A DNA stretch of 63,206 nt, counting the filler, from Octopus bimaculoides (lineage: Eukaryota), in assembly GCF_001194135.2 (NCBI RefSeq). It is 6 parts of 6 records of this genome, joined end to end, with 100 filler letters (N's around TTAATTAATTAA, not from the genome) between each part and the next. Parts side by side here need not be neighbours in the genome. Positions count along the whole stretch, not along the records: positions 11,768 to 41,115 come from NC_068992.1; 5 more parts are not named here. One strand, 5' to 3'. Numbering within the stretch: position 1 is the first letter of the stretch; the number at the start of each line of letters is the position of its first letter. The notes under the pieces are model-generated. The model searched no databases. It was not told the DNA's origin and worked only from the letters and a program-made list of their open reading frames with translations. Positions 13,466 through 26,815 of this stretch are shown here, piece by piece. The position numbers and the translations under genes are program-made.

Positions 13466-13799
13466 GATTATAAGAACTAACGCAACAATAAAATTTGCGT
13501 GACTAACACAATATGTACTTAGATGAACGCAAAACAAGGCGTATTTATAAGGACAACACTTCACATTAGCAAATAGTTCCACACGATTACAGTTTAACAA
13601 ACGTAATCAGATAAATTGTTATCATACTGTCTCTCCGTTGAGAGTTTGTTTCAAAAGATATTTGTAAACGTTTTTTCAATAGATATGAATCATCGAAATT
13701 GGAAAAACAAAGATGTTACTATTTTCATTTAATCGCTTTAAAGAAACAGAATACTCCTTTGGCCTGCGATTTAAATGTCGACTTTCAAGTGCACAATGC

Positions 13800-13869
<70 letters not shown>

Positions 13870-14344
13870 GTCCAGATGAAGAGCGCGATTCGATTGTAAT
13901 AGATATTTTATTGTTGAACGATATTTCGACAGTAAGTCTGTCTTTGTCAAGCTCAAATTAAGAAGTGATAAAATTTCGAAATTATAGAAATTTAAATGTA
14001 AAGTATGAGCGAGAGCAACCAGCATCCACACGTTGATGGAATGACATCATCGTCAGTCTTTAAGTTTCAATTTTATAACAGGTGAGAAGAAAGACACAGA
14101 AAAAAAAGACAGAAAAAAAGAGGAAAGAAAAAAGAGAAAAAAAAAGAATATTTAATCGAACAGTTTTGTATAAGTTTGATAATATTCTCCTGCCATTTTA
14201 TTCATTGCTCCAGGGCGTGATGTTAATAACCCGCAAACATATTTCTCCTCATGCATTCTGAGAAGTGAAAGTGAAATAGATTCAGAATATTTTTTGAGAA
14301 TACGCACTTTTGAGTCTAAACTTCATTGTGTTACTTTGTAACAC

Positions 14345-15200
14345 AAACCTCAATAATTTACAGAGAGAAAATTTGATGGAATTCTTTTGTTTGACCGCTT
14401 TTTGAAGGCATCCATGCATGCTTCTACCCCATCAACGTGGTCAGTATTGGGATATAAGGAAGAAACATCCATGGTTACCAAAAAACAAACAAAAAAAAAG
14501 AAACAGTTCTCGATACGGCCTCGGTGCTTAAAAAAGTTGTTGATCTTAGACACATAATCAAAATATCCTGAATATAGAAACTTGATCTTTTTGCAACTGG
14601 GAATAGAAAAAGTCATCCAGCCATTCCGAAATTTTGGCCGTACAACATTCATATCCGCTGCAAATTGAGCGCATTGGAGGAAACCTTTCGAACTTTTTGT
14701 GTATTTTAGGGAGACCATAAAATACAGGTGTTTTTTTTTTTACTGTAATATCCTTGATTCGGCCTTATTAATGAAATTGTTTTCCTCCATTTCCATAATT
14801 ATTTTGTCAAGTTTCTCTCTGTAGTTTGAGTTTGGATCGACAGGTAATTCTTCATATGAAGTCTTGTCCCTTAAAACTTCTTCACAGGTCGAAATATACT
14901 CACTTTTGTCCATAATTACAATAGCGCCTCCATTATCCGCCATTTTAATAACAATAGAATCGTTCTTAGCTCGACGTCGGAGTGCGTAACGTTGGGAATT
15001 TGTGAGGTTATTTCAGGACTTTCTTCCACTTGTTTTAAGGCTTTCTCAAATACCTGTCTGACAAGGTTCAAGAAATTCCAGTAGTGTTTGTGAATGTCCA
15101 TCCCGAACTTTATCTGGATACCAATTGGGATTCTTTTCAATCCAATTATGCCAGATTCGATCATCATCATTTTCATTTTTAGTAAGCATAGGGTTTTCAC
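14345..15200 (-). mobile_element. Penelope-like element reverse transcriptase fragment, frameshifted
   Basis: Minus strand NLTNSQRYALRRRAKNDSIVIKMADNGGAIVIMDKSEY (PLE ADKGG motif region) and LVTMDVSSLYPNTDHVDGVEAC (RT motif A of PLE type), split over several frames. Confidence 0.85.
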
Positions 15201-16210
15201 CGAGAATATCGTAGCTCTTGTCACTAATCATCTGTAAAACGCCATAATGTAGCTGACCAACTGGCAGAAAGAGGCGAGTGCCTAACGCCCTGGATACAAA
15301 GCGCCCTCCCAAGGCTTACGCTGGGTCCAGGACTCGGTTAATGTTGGATCAAGTGTATATGTGAGCGTATTTATATGTATCTATGAATGCATGTATGTAT
15401 GTATGTATGTATGTATGTATGTATGTATGTATGCATGCATGTATAATTTTTCTTGGAATTTTATTTAAGTTCTTCTTGAGAGAGTTCAAGCAGGTCGCTG
15501 ACAAAGACATTGCTTGTGAATATGTGGTTACGTTGGTGTTTTGGTTGAATTGGCGATGCATAAACGCAAGTGTGTCCACCTATTCACATAAGAATCTCAG
15601 ATAGAGAATTTCTGGAACGCCTTACAGATCTTCACTGTGCCACTAATAGATTGGATTTGGAGATTCAGCGTCAATTTCTTTTGCTTTACTTATATGTATG
15701 TATGCATGTATGTATGTATGTATGTATGTATGTATGTATGTATGTATGTATGTACGTATGTATGCATATACATACGCATATTTGTCTGGTGAGAGATTAA
15801 TGAACTTTTATTTTTCAATTGTTAAAAGTGCATTAAGATATTTATCTACACGGTGACGACCGCATTTTCCAAACATATATTCATTGTGTTATTTTATTTC
15901 ACCTTTCCGTTGACGTTTCAAAAACAAATAAAAGTACATTTTCTGACGAGGAACTTTAATTGAAAATGTATATAAAAATATTTAGAGAAAGAAATATTCT
16001 ATAACAAATAGGTTTTTACTGTTTCGTATTCTAATCATATAATGGATTTTCATCTACTTAACTATCTAATTATTATGCAAAAGTCGTACAAGGCAAATTT
16101 ATGTTTCATTATATCTCTTATACCGTGATAACAAATTTACGACGTTTTATAATTGCAAAGCAATTATATGGTAAGATAAGCAGAGATTGAGGTCTACCTT
16201 TTGCTTTTTT

Positions 16211-16415
16211 TGTTTACTTATTTCAGTCAATTAGACTGCGGCTATGCTGGAGCACCGCTCTGAAGAATTTTTAGTCGAATCAATCGAACCCAGTACTTAT
16301 TTACTTTTTTATTCTGACACTAATTCTCTCGGCCACTTTTGCCGAAACGCTAAGTTACGAGAACGTGACCATACCAACAGTGGTTGTCAAGTGGTGATGG
16401 GAAATAAACACAGAC
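16211..16415 (-). mobile_element. SINE family A, 3' half
   Basis: TTTCAGTCAATTAGACTGCGGCTATGCTGGAGCACCGC... Confidence 0.8.
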
Positions 16416-16794
16416 ACAACACACACACGCACACACACCACACATACACACACACATATGTGAAGTAGGACAGAAAAAAGTTCAGATTCAAATGATTAGC
16501 CCTTTTGATACCGACCCGCCTTAGACCGCCTCTCGTTCTATGATGCGAACTCTAAGTTTTAAAGGGATCAAAAATTAGAAACTTTCATCGAAATTTCGTG
16601 TTAATTTATGTTCCAAATATCAGTTGAATCATGGCAAAGTTATTCTCCAAAATTCTTTGTTATTTTCAAAATTATTTTTCAATTATGTTATTTTCAAAAC
16701 AAAGGCAATGAATGAATTTGGCCGATGGAAACTATGTTGAGACCCGTTGTATATGCGTGTGTGTGCGAGCGCATTCGCAAGTGTGTGTGTGAGT

Positions 16795-16990
16795 ATGTGT
16801 CGTATGTGTCTGTGTTTGTTACCCAACGCCAATGCTTGAAAACAGGCGTTAGTTCATTTATATCCTCATAACTTAGCCGTTCAAAAACATAAAAAATAAG
16901 TACTGGAATCGATGTTTTTGACAAAACAGAAAACCCTGAATGCGGTGCCCCATCATGGCCACAGTTCAAAGAGTGAAACAAGTAAAAGAA
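16795..16990 (+). mobile_element. SINE family A, 3' half, diverged
   Basis: ...ATAACTTAGCCGTTC...GCGGTGCCCCATCATGGCCACAG. Confidence 0.7.
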
Positions 16991-17813
16991 TTTAAAATGG
17001 GATTCTTACAGCCTTCTGTAACCATAACAACATTTCACTTCCAATATATACAGCAAATTCTCCCACATCCTTGCAGTGGAGTCCTACCCTACTCTTCTAA
17101 CCATTCTGCATTCCTTTAAAGCCTCACTAGAAACCAATTAAGGAAGAGATTTACTGGCTGCGTATCTCTGTATGCGAAATAGTGACATAAGATTGAAACA
17201 ATGCATATAAGCTAATGCAAGCTACATTCAGTATGTTCTGATGTTCAGAAAACTATCATTCCCTTTGACAGAAGAATTATTATAAAAAAGGACAAAGGTC
17301 TGAAATCGATTAAAGTGTCAAATCATTGGAGGGAACGAAACACAATATGTACATGAACCATAGTAATTGAGAAATAAAGTAAAATGCAACGATGGAAAAG
17401 AAAGGCAAATAAAGGAAATCAGAGCTCTAGGATTGGATATGCTAATGATATTTGTGTACAGGTTTACATACGAAACAGTTTCAAACCATTATGTAATAGC
17501 TCCATTATTTGAAGGCTTAAAAGCTTATCCACTCACTTATAATAGAAATATTAGATGAAAATCTCAATAACACTTGTTCAGTGCGTTCTTATATACGCAA
17601 ATAACTAAATCAGTTAATTGGAGCAGGGATTAATTGCCATTTAGTAATTATTCACTATAGGTGGAGAGAATTTAATAAATAAGAATTTATGTTGTTCATG
17701 TTATTTGATCTATCAATATTTATCTATGGTGTTCAAATACATACCAAAGGCCTCTGAGTTATTTCTCACTTTTTGTTTAAATTTTGCAAATTACCTGGAT
17801 CATAAATACTTGC

Positions 17814-18101
17814 ACTAAAGCCCCACGAGGCTCCGGCAGGGGATGGTGGCGAACCCTGCTGTACTCTTCCACCACAACCTTCTCTCACTCTTACTTCCTG
17901 TTTTCTGTTGTGCCTGTAATTCAAAGGGTCAGCCTTGTCACACTGTGTCACGGTGAATATCCTCGAGAACTACGTTAAGGGTACACGTGTCTGTGGAGTG
18001 CTCAGCCACTCACACGTTAATTTCACGAGCAGGCTGTTCCGTTGATCGGATCGACTGGAACCCTCGACGTCGTAAGCGACGGAGTGCCAGCAACAACAAC
18101 A
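17814..18101 (+). mobile_element. SINE family C, 5'-truncated, (CAA)n tail
   Basis: Near-identical to the reverse complement of 27636-27905; ends GGAGTGCCAGCAACAACAAC. Confidence 0.85.
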
Positions 18102-18960
18102 AATACTTGCTACTCTTTTATGAATAAGTCTCAGTTCTTTGCCCATTGTGTTCTGATGACTGTTATTGCGCCAGAAACACGTATCCACAGCAGTTCTCTT
18201 ACCTTTACACAATAAACCTGTCTTTTTCATTAATGACTTGTCAGTTTTGGAGAAATTCTTGTATCGTGAAATTGCTTTTATTCTCACATGGAGCAAGTCT
18301 TAATAGCTATTTAGTCATTATAAGACATCTTTAGAGGCGGAGATAAATATAACAAATAAAATACCTATATTGTATAGTATTTGGCATACCTGTATTTATC
18401 CATGCTGTTCAAACACATTCCACTGAACATTGTCAAGTATTTCTCTTAGCTCATATTTGTTTAAATGTTATATATATGTATCATTCTGTCTAAATATCTA
18501 TCTATCAATCTGTCTATCGTTGTATCTAAATATTTATCTATCAAGCACTGTGAGTATTTCACCTAAAGATATATCAATGCATCTAATTACTTAGATTGCA
18601 CACTCGTGTTCAAAATCTTCACATTTACATACCGTGGTGTTCATAAGTATTCCTAACGGCTAGAATAAAATTGGCTTTTTTTAATATTCTCCTTGTCATT
18701 AAGTGGTTTGTAATATTTATGTTTATTATTTATACTTTATTAATATACACAATTTCATTTAATTATCAATTTATTTTTACCACAGATCACAATCAGATTT
18801 AACAAAATTCAAAACATTATTAGACGACAGATGTGCAAAATTATTCATAACATTTTGTCTAACTTGTTTTGCTTAAAAATTAATATAAAACGATAAATAA
18901 ACTAATAAAGATTTTAAGATATCATATAAATTACTATTAATAATTGTTAGTAAAACCTCA

Positions 18961-19400
18961 ATATTAGTGTACACGTGATTTTCCCACCTGTCAACACCGT
19001 CGACATTTTTTGTTTGCGATTTCAATTACTAGCTAAAAATGCCGAAACAAAATGAAAACAGGGTTAGGGTTAGGGTTAGGTTAGGGTTATGAGTAGTTTT
19101 GCCATAACCTAACTCATGACCCTAACCCTAACCCTAACCCTAACTCTAAAACCCGAAACCTAACCCTAAAACCCTAAATCTAAAACCAGTACAAACGCAC
19201 GAACGATGTCATAAATAACAGTACCGCCCATAGTTGTTGCTGACAAAGAACGGCACTAATTTTATTCAAGGGAAAAGATCCCATTACACCGCACAACGTT
19301 TTGTTGACAATCCATAGCAGTAATTGTTTTCATCTCAATAGACGTCAGTGATTGGTTGAAATTACCGAAATACGACAATTTTAACACGAAATAACTTTAA
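18961..19400. mobile_element. Probable non-autonomous (Helentron/HINE-like) element containing telomere-type repeats
   Basis: Unique-looking flanks surround the inverted TTAGGG/CCCTAA block. Ends and class not established. Confidence 0.35.
19061..19185. repeat. Inverted interstitial (TTAGGG)n / (CCCTAA)n hairpin
   Basis: GGGTTAGGGTTAGGGTTAGGTTAGGGTTATGAGT, 17-nt spacer, ACTCATGACCCTAACCCTAACCCTAACCCTAAC, then degenerate CCCTAA units. Confidence 0.9.
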
Positions 19401-20373
19401 AAAGATAAAATTTTCTCAATAACACTAAGAGTAAAAGATGTTTTATATGACACATTCTACCAGTGTCCCAAGTTTGAAAGTGCTTCGTTAAGAAAACAAG
19501 TGGCACTCGCCAAATCAGAAAAATCCGAATATTTTTAAAAATCAGTTTTATTCTTGACGATATGAACACCGCTGTACATACATGCAAACACATACAGATC
19601 TGATTCTTTCCTGATAACAGCCACAAAAGACATTCGGAAGCTAAAGCACTTTTAACAATTTTTCAATGATATTTTTGAAGTGTTCAACCCCCAGATATCT
19701 AGAAAGAAAGTATAATGCTTTTCCATAGGAAAACAAACGCTTCAGATACTAACAATCGTAGTTGTATATATTTCTGAATGTACATAACAAGCATACGATG
19801 CAAAATATGAAATAAACTAATCATTTTTGCAGAACCGAACGAGTTGCTGAAAAGTATTCAGCATGGTTTCTCTCCAATTAGAAGATGTTTTAAACAGCTG
19901 CTACTGCAGTACAGCATAATATTACAGTTGAATTCAGTAAGTCAAATGTGTGATATACCGAGACTTTACAAAAGATTTGAACAAATTTTATCATACGGTA
20001 GAATACGAAAATACGTTAATATACTAAAAGCTAAATACTCTTCGCAGAGAGTGACTGTTTAAGAAGTGGAGGAAAAATCTTTGCCATCAACGGCAAATTC
20101 CAAAAATGTTTGCAATTCAGAGAGAAATGTTTGAAGAACCAGACATGGACATATTTATTTTTGTTTGGAATAACTTTCTGTGATATATCTCCTGTTTTAG
20201 ATCAGTCATGCTTTTTGACTGCGGCGAAAATAATATAGTATTCGAATATATTAACAATAGAGGCAGTACTAAAGCCGAGAGTTAATATTTATCCCATTTA
20301 AGCGTTAACGTTCTGTATAGTTTGTTCAAACAGAACTTCCACGTTTAAATGGGGGTAAATATTACCTGTCAAT

Positions 20374-20600
20374 GTCTTCATTGCCCACAGGGGGCTAAAC
20401 ATAGAGGGGACGAACAAAGAAAGACAAAGGGATTAAGTCGATTACATCGATCCCAGTGCGTAACTGGTACTTATTTAATCGACCCCGAAAGGATGAAAGG
20501 CAAAGTCGACCGCGGTGGAATTTGAACTCAGAACGTAACGGCAGACGAAATACCGCTAAGCATTTCGTCCGGCATACTAACAATACTGCCAGCTCGCCAT
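20374..20600 (-). mobile_element. SINE family B2 (family B head and body with a different tail)
   Basis: Same head and body as B1; tail GGGGCTAAACATAGAGGGGAC shared with 25503-25684. Confidence 0.85.
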
Positions 20601-21959
20601 CCTCTCTCAATATAATATTACATGACAACTGCAGGCCATGATCAGCACACTAGCGCTTGTATGTGCGTATTTGAATGTGCGTGATGCTTCGAAATCCACC
20701 GTTCCATAAAAAGAATAAATTTGTGTTCTCTCGAAAGGACAAATTCTTATACCATCAACAATATACAATTATCTCAGACAAGAATAAAGTTTCTAAAAGA
20801 AAGAAATTCGATCGGTTACGTTGGTCCAATGGTAGAACACCTATCATGTCCACAAGTTTCGATGATGGCGGTCGTGTTTAGATGCATGCGTGCTTTGATC
20901 AAAGACGTTTCAATCACAATAATGATTATTATTAAGAGGTGATTTTAACGAGATTTGGGCTGTTATTTCTAGCCGGTTTAATGACCAGTAACTGCTACTT
21001 CATTTGTTGCATTGTATACGACATCGTATTCTATAATGGTAACCTTTCCTAAGAAGAATGCTCAACTCTAGTAAACCGATTCAGTAATTTTCGTTAGAAT
21101 TTCTGGTCGGCGAATTTTCATTTGTTTTATTCTTCATATCTGCCATTTCCTACCACAATGATTCTACAGGAGTATGATGGAAGATGGAATCGGTCAACTT
21201 TATTTCTTTTCAAAGCCGATAAGAAGTGAAATTTTTATTGGTAATTTGCCGAGGTAATTTAGTAAACCCAGTATCTTGGATTGATTTATTCTAAATCGGC
21301 ATTTATTCAGCTTGCTGGAGTTGTTCTTTTTTTTTCCATTTTGGCAACGAGGCTAAATGCATTGTGTGTATGTGTGTGCGTATGTTGGGGGGGGGGGCTG
21401 TTTGCTGCATGTACGAGGAATGATTTATAAATTTGTGATTATCTGTTGAAATGAAAAGTGTGTAAATAAATTGGTATCGATGAGAAAATTACATGCAAAT
21501 GTTGAAGAGAATAGCAATAGGTCATATGACAATTTATGCAAATTAGTTCCATATGGCGAGTAATTGTGTATAAATTAAGCAATATAAGAGGATACATACA
21601 TATTGGAATACACANNNNNNNNNNNNNNNNNNNNNNNNNNNNNNNNNNNNNNNNNNNNNNNNNNNNNNNNNNNNNNNNNNNNNNNNNNNNNNNNNNNNNN
21701 NNNNNNNNNNNNNNNNNNNNNNNNNNNNNNNNNNNNNNNNNNNNNNNNNNNNNNNNNNNNNNNNNNNNNNNNNNNNNNNNNNNNNNNNNNNNNNNNNNNN
21801 NNNNNNNNNNNNNNNNNNNNNNNNNNNNNNNNNNNNNNNNNNNNNNNNNNNNNNNNNNNNNNNNNNNNNNNNNNNNNNNNNNNNNNNNNNNNNNNNNNNN
21901 NNNNNNNNNNNNNNNNNNNNNNNNNNNNNNNNNNNNNNNNNNNNNNNNNNNNNNNNNNN

Positions 21960-22012
<53 letters not shown>

Positions 22013-22259
22013 AGGCAAGGGAAAGAGTATATAAATAGAGAGAGAAGGAGACAGACCAAGATATTGATTTATCTATGTATATTTATATATGCATATATAT
22101 ATATATATGTGTGTGTGTGAGTGCGGTGTATACACACATTCACATACACACATGCCTATACACACATACATACATAAATGTATAAATACATACATGCATA
22201 CATACATATATACGTACACGCAAAAGTGCAAACACACGTACACATGCAAATATATTTAC

Positions 22260-22291
<32 letters not shown>

Positions 22292-22769
22292 ATGTAGGGT
22301 CTATATACATACGTATATATGTGTATAGTATATCGATAAGCTAATATGAGTAATTATGCTCCTACGTATAAACATGTGGATGTGAATGTGATTTACTGTG
22401 CGTGTGTCTATCTCTAGTGCCAACATCATGATATACGACTGAATAAGCCAAGTCGAAGACGTAACAACATTAGGTCCAACATACTGAAGAAAGGCACGGA
22501 ATCAAAATGCAATAAATCTTTGCTGTTATCGTTTATATTCAATTTCGGCTCCCTAAATCCCGGATATATGACGCAGTCATTACCAGCACTATTTTTAGAT
22601 AGCCTTCTAGTTAAACGATTGGCAGCAATGGGCGATATTGCTGGCTATTTCGCGATGGAATGATCGATTGAATTTTATTCTTTCTTTCGTGGCATGAAAT
22701 GATTAGATACAGAGGTAGCCATCGATCAAGGGTTACTACTTTTTTTTACCACTCTCTCTCTCTCTTTCT

Positions 22770-22845
<76 letters not shown>

Positions 22846-24245
22846 ATATATANNNNNNNNNNNNNNNNNNNNNNNNNNNNNNNNNNNNNNNNNNNNNNNN
22901 NNNNNNNNNNNNNNNNNNNNNNNNNNNNNNNNNNNNNNNNNNNNNNNNNNNNNNNNNNNNNNNNNNNNNNNNNNNNNNNNNNNNNNNNNNNNNNNNNNNN
23001 NNNNNNNNNNNNNNNNNNNNNNNNNNNNNNNNNNNNNNNNNNNNNNNNNNNNNNNNNNNNNNNNNNNNNNNNNNNNNNNNNNNNNNNNNNNNNNNNNNNN
23101 NNNNNNNNNNNNNNNNNNNNNNNNNNNNNNNNNNNNNNNNNNNNNNNNNNNNNNNNNNNNNNNNNNNNNNNNNNNNNNNNNNNNNNNNNNNNNNNNNNNN
23201 NNNNNNNNNNNNNNNNNNNNNNNNNNNNNNNNNNNNNNNNNNNNNNNNNNNNNNNNNNNNNNNNNNNNNNNNNNNNNNNNNNNNNNNNNNNNNNNNNNNN
23301 NNNNNNNNNNNNNNNNNNNNNNNNNNNNNNNNNNNNNNNNNNNNNNNNNNNNNNNNNNNNNNNNNNNNNNNNNNNNNNNNNNNNNNNNNNNNNNNNNNNN
23401 NNNNNNNNNNNNNNNNNNNNNNNNNNNNNNNNNNNNNNNNNNNNNNNNNNNNNNNNNNNNNNNNNNNNNNNNNNNNNNNNNNNNNNNNNNNNNNNNNNNN
23501 NNNNNNNNNNNNNNNNNNNNNNNNNNNNNNNNNNNNNNNNNNNNNNNNNNNNNNNNNNNNNNNNNNNNNNNNNNNNNNNNNNNNNNNNNNNNNNNNNNNN
23601 NNNNNNNNNNNNNNNNNNNNNNNNNNNNNNNNNNNNNNNNNNNNNNNNNNNNNNNNNNNNNNNNNNNNNNNNNNNNNNNNNNNNNNNNNNNNNNNNNNNN
23701 NNNNNNNNNNNNNNNNNNNNNNNNNNNNNNNNNNNNNNNNNNNNNNNNNNNNNNNNNNNNNNNNNNNNNNNNNNNNNNNNNNNNNATATATATATATATA
23801 TATACATATGTGTGTGTGATATTAGCTAATTTAGACTGAAATAATCATGAGAAACTTGAAGTTATCTTTTTAGGAAAATAATTTGGGTATGTGACGGCAA
23901 CACATGCTAATTATCGAAGTTAGTGAATGAAACAATGATATAAATCTTTATATCCAGATATCTGTTGCTGATCGTCTGCTTCGTTAATCATTTCTTTAAT
24001 ATTTCATCTATCATTCTATTACATTTCTCATTGCAACACTGAATGCAATGATCTGAAGCGCCACATTTTCGTGGCGTGTCATAGATGTATCATATGTACC
24101 TATACATAAACCATGGCGGACACACTTAAGAACTCCTAAACAGGTATACGCAATACATACATGCGTAAAACTTAGTAATCTTGTTTGTATATATGCAGAT
24201 TAAACACACATACACACACTCACATACATTTATATGTATGTCCGG

Positions 24246-24303
24246 ACACATATACATATATATATATATACATGCATATATTTACATAGATGTGTATACA
24301 TCT

Positions 24304-24349
<46 letters not shown>

Positions 24350-24530
24350 GTAGATAGATAGGTAAATAGATAAAGAGAAAGACAGAGAGGTGGAAGGAGG
24401 CAGCACAAAGACAGACTGACAGACAGACAGACAGACACACAGACAGATAGATAGATAGATACATACATACATACATACATACATACATACTTACATACGT
24501 ACATACAGACAGACAAACAGACAGACAGAC

Positions 24531-24590
<60 letters not shown>

Positions 24591-24592
24591 TA
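24246..24592. repeat. Compound (TA)n/(GACA)n/(CATA)n/(GATA)n microsatellite
   Basis: Direct. Confidence 0.95.
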
Positions 24593-25310
24593 TAAATATA
24601 TACATGTATAAACCTATGTGTGCACTCGCGCCCACATATAAGCACACACAGACACACAAAGTCGCTTGGTAAACTGTAACAACTATCTATATACATACAT
24701 GTGTGTGTGCGTGCCTGTGTGTGTGTGTGTGTATGCGTGTGTGTGTTTGTTTGCATGTATATGTATATATACAGAGAGAGTGGATGGAGATAGATAAATA
24801 TATCATTGTGGAGATATCATCATATCAACAAATGTATATATATATATATATGCATACACTCATATATACAACCTGTAAACATACATATATATGTATATAT
24901 ATTCACACCCACTCACGTATGATCGGTTAGTTTTCCATAATTCAGTTTTTTTAAATCTCACCCTCACCATAAATAAATGATTGACTATAGTTGTATAAAC
25001 ATTCTACACAAGACCGTAGATGCAGAAAATTATTCGATAGATATATATGAAAGGTCGCCTTCAGCCTGTCAAAAATATTTTAGTTACTATCCCTGAAACG
25101 CTAGCAGAGGCAGCTTACTCATGTACAGTTTGCAGTGAGTTACCAATCAATGATGAATGCAACAGAAAAGCCGAAGTCTGCGAAGCGCCAGAACGACGCG
25201 TATTCAGAAATACGTCTGTCCTTGCTGACCAGGCTCAAAAATAATAGATGCTTCTTATATCTTCCGGGAAAGGCGTATTGTTACAACGCTTGCTATGTAT
25301 ATATTATTTT

Positions 25311-25684
25311 CTACTCTAGGCACAAGGCCCGAAAATTTGGGGGAGGGGGCCAGTCTATTAGATCGACACCAGTACGCAACTAGTACTTAATTTATCGACC
25401 CCGAAAGGATGAAAGGCAAAGTCCACCTTAAGGAAATTTGATCTCAGAACGTAAAGACAGACAAAAAACCGCTAAGCATTTCGCCCGGCGAGCTAACGAT
25501 TCCTATTTCTTTATTACCTACAAGGGGCTAAACATAGAGGGGACAAACAAGGACAGACAAAGGGATTAAGTCGATTATATCGAACGCAGTGTGTAACTGC
25601 TACTTAATTTATCGACCCCGAAAGGATGAAAGGTATAGTTGTCCTCGGCGGAATTTGAACTCAGAACGTAACGGCAGACGAAAT
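25311..25684 (-). mobile_element. Abutting SINE B1 (25311-25502) and B2 (25503-25684)
   Basis: Two family B bodies in tandem, each truncated at the head. Confidence 0.8.
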
Positions 25685-25814
25685 ATAAATACAAACACGC
25701 GCACACGCATAGACACACACACATTCTTTTATTCTTTCTTTTATTCTCTGGGGGGTCATGATTTTGCACTTTCACGTATGATTCTTCTCTGGCTGATGAC
25801 TTTGTCAGGGTGGT

Positions 25815-25960
25815 AGAATTTCATATCACCACTCTTGTATGCTGCTTACCCTTGCCGTCGGCATGGATAGGAGAGTGTGCAGTTCCTTTTTGAAAACATC
25901 CCCGTCCACCTTATGTAGGCTTCTTAATTTTGCGACCAGGGCATTGAAGAGCTGTGATAT
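25815..25960 (-). mobile_element. CR1/L2-group LINE, C-terminal fragment
   Basis: Minus strand SQLFNALVAKLRSLHKVDGDVFKKELHTLLS resembles the QLFN.LP..LR...FK..LD..L end of CR1/L2-type ORF2. Confidence 0.55.
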
Positions 25961-26235
25961 ATGCTTATATCTTCGTAGATGTTGTACGAGCAAGTCTACG
26001 TGCGCCACACAACCTAAGCGAGGGCGTGTATACATCTATAGCTGTTAATGGATATATTTGATACTTTTTTTTGCTCTATTGTGTATTCGTTGCTTTATGC
26101 ATCTGTTATTTATTATTACAATTAAACCTTGGGAGAAGCATTATGCCGATAATAAACACACGCACTGGTTCAGTTCTTTATTAATTTAAAACAGTATTTA
26201 GTTGGGTTTTTTGGGGGTTTTTTTGTTTTATTTTT

Positions 26236-26276
26236 GTTAAATCATTTCATTGCACTCTTGCAATCTCTTCAGTAAC
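26236..26276 (-). ncRNA. Minimal type I hammerhead ribozyme-like motif
   Basis: Minus strand GTTA-CTGAAGA-G-ATTGCA/AGAG/TGCAAT-GAAA-TG-ATT^TAAC: 4-bp stem I, perfect 6-bp stem II, quasi-palindromic stem III. Confidence 0.55.
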
Positions 26277-26690
26277 TTGTCTCTCCACTTCCATTTATTT
26301 TGAATGTTATTGATCTTATATAAAAATGAAGCTATGTCCTTTAATTTGCTGCTTTTCTATACACAAACTGAGTAGATATCTTGCGGAACAGTCGTTATTT
26401 TAACGGACTAGATCATGTAATCACCTGATGAGATACATCTACAACGTAGGATAATCCTATACCAGTTGTTAAGTATCCCACCCGTGAGGGGTCGATGTAG
26501 GATGGGTCGAAACAACTCTAGTGATTAATAACCATTCCTGTGTCTTCCCTCTTCCGTCTCTCGTTTTTCAAATACCCAACGAACTCTGAGAAAGTAGACA
26601 TGCTTTACGGGTAAGCTACCAGGTGTATGCCATACGATTTATTATCTAATAATATATACGCGTGTGTGTGTGTGTTTGTACACAACGAGC

Positions 26691-26815
26691 TCCTGGGGCT
26701 ATAGCGTAGACGACACTAAGCCAAGGTGCCACGCAGTGGAATGAACTCGAGACCGTGTGGTTGGGAAGCATCTTTCTTATCACACAACCACACAGCCACA
26801 CAGCTACGCATGCGC
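26691..26815 (-). mobile_element. SINE family A, 5' part
   Basis: CCAAGGTGCCACGCAGTGG...GTGGTTGGGAAGC. Confidence 0.75.

Noticed and set aside
13060-13961. Poly-T, poly-V, poly-L and poly-N ORFs here and at 30.8-32.1 kb, plus HT/YI/CV/LS-repeat ORFs throughout
   Set aside because: Translations of microsatellites in several frames at once, with no coding context.
14015-14060. Minus-strand CTGACGA with TGATG/CATCA stem as a hammerhead (similar partial hits near 18153, 27100-27150, 63140-63175)
   Set aside because: GAAA or stem I is missing; compatible with chance or extreme decay.
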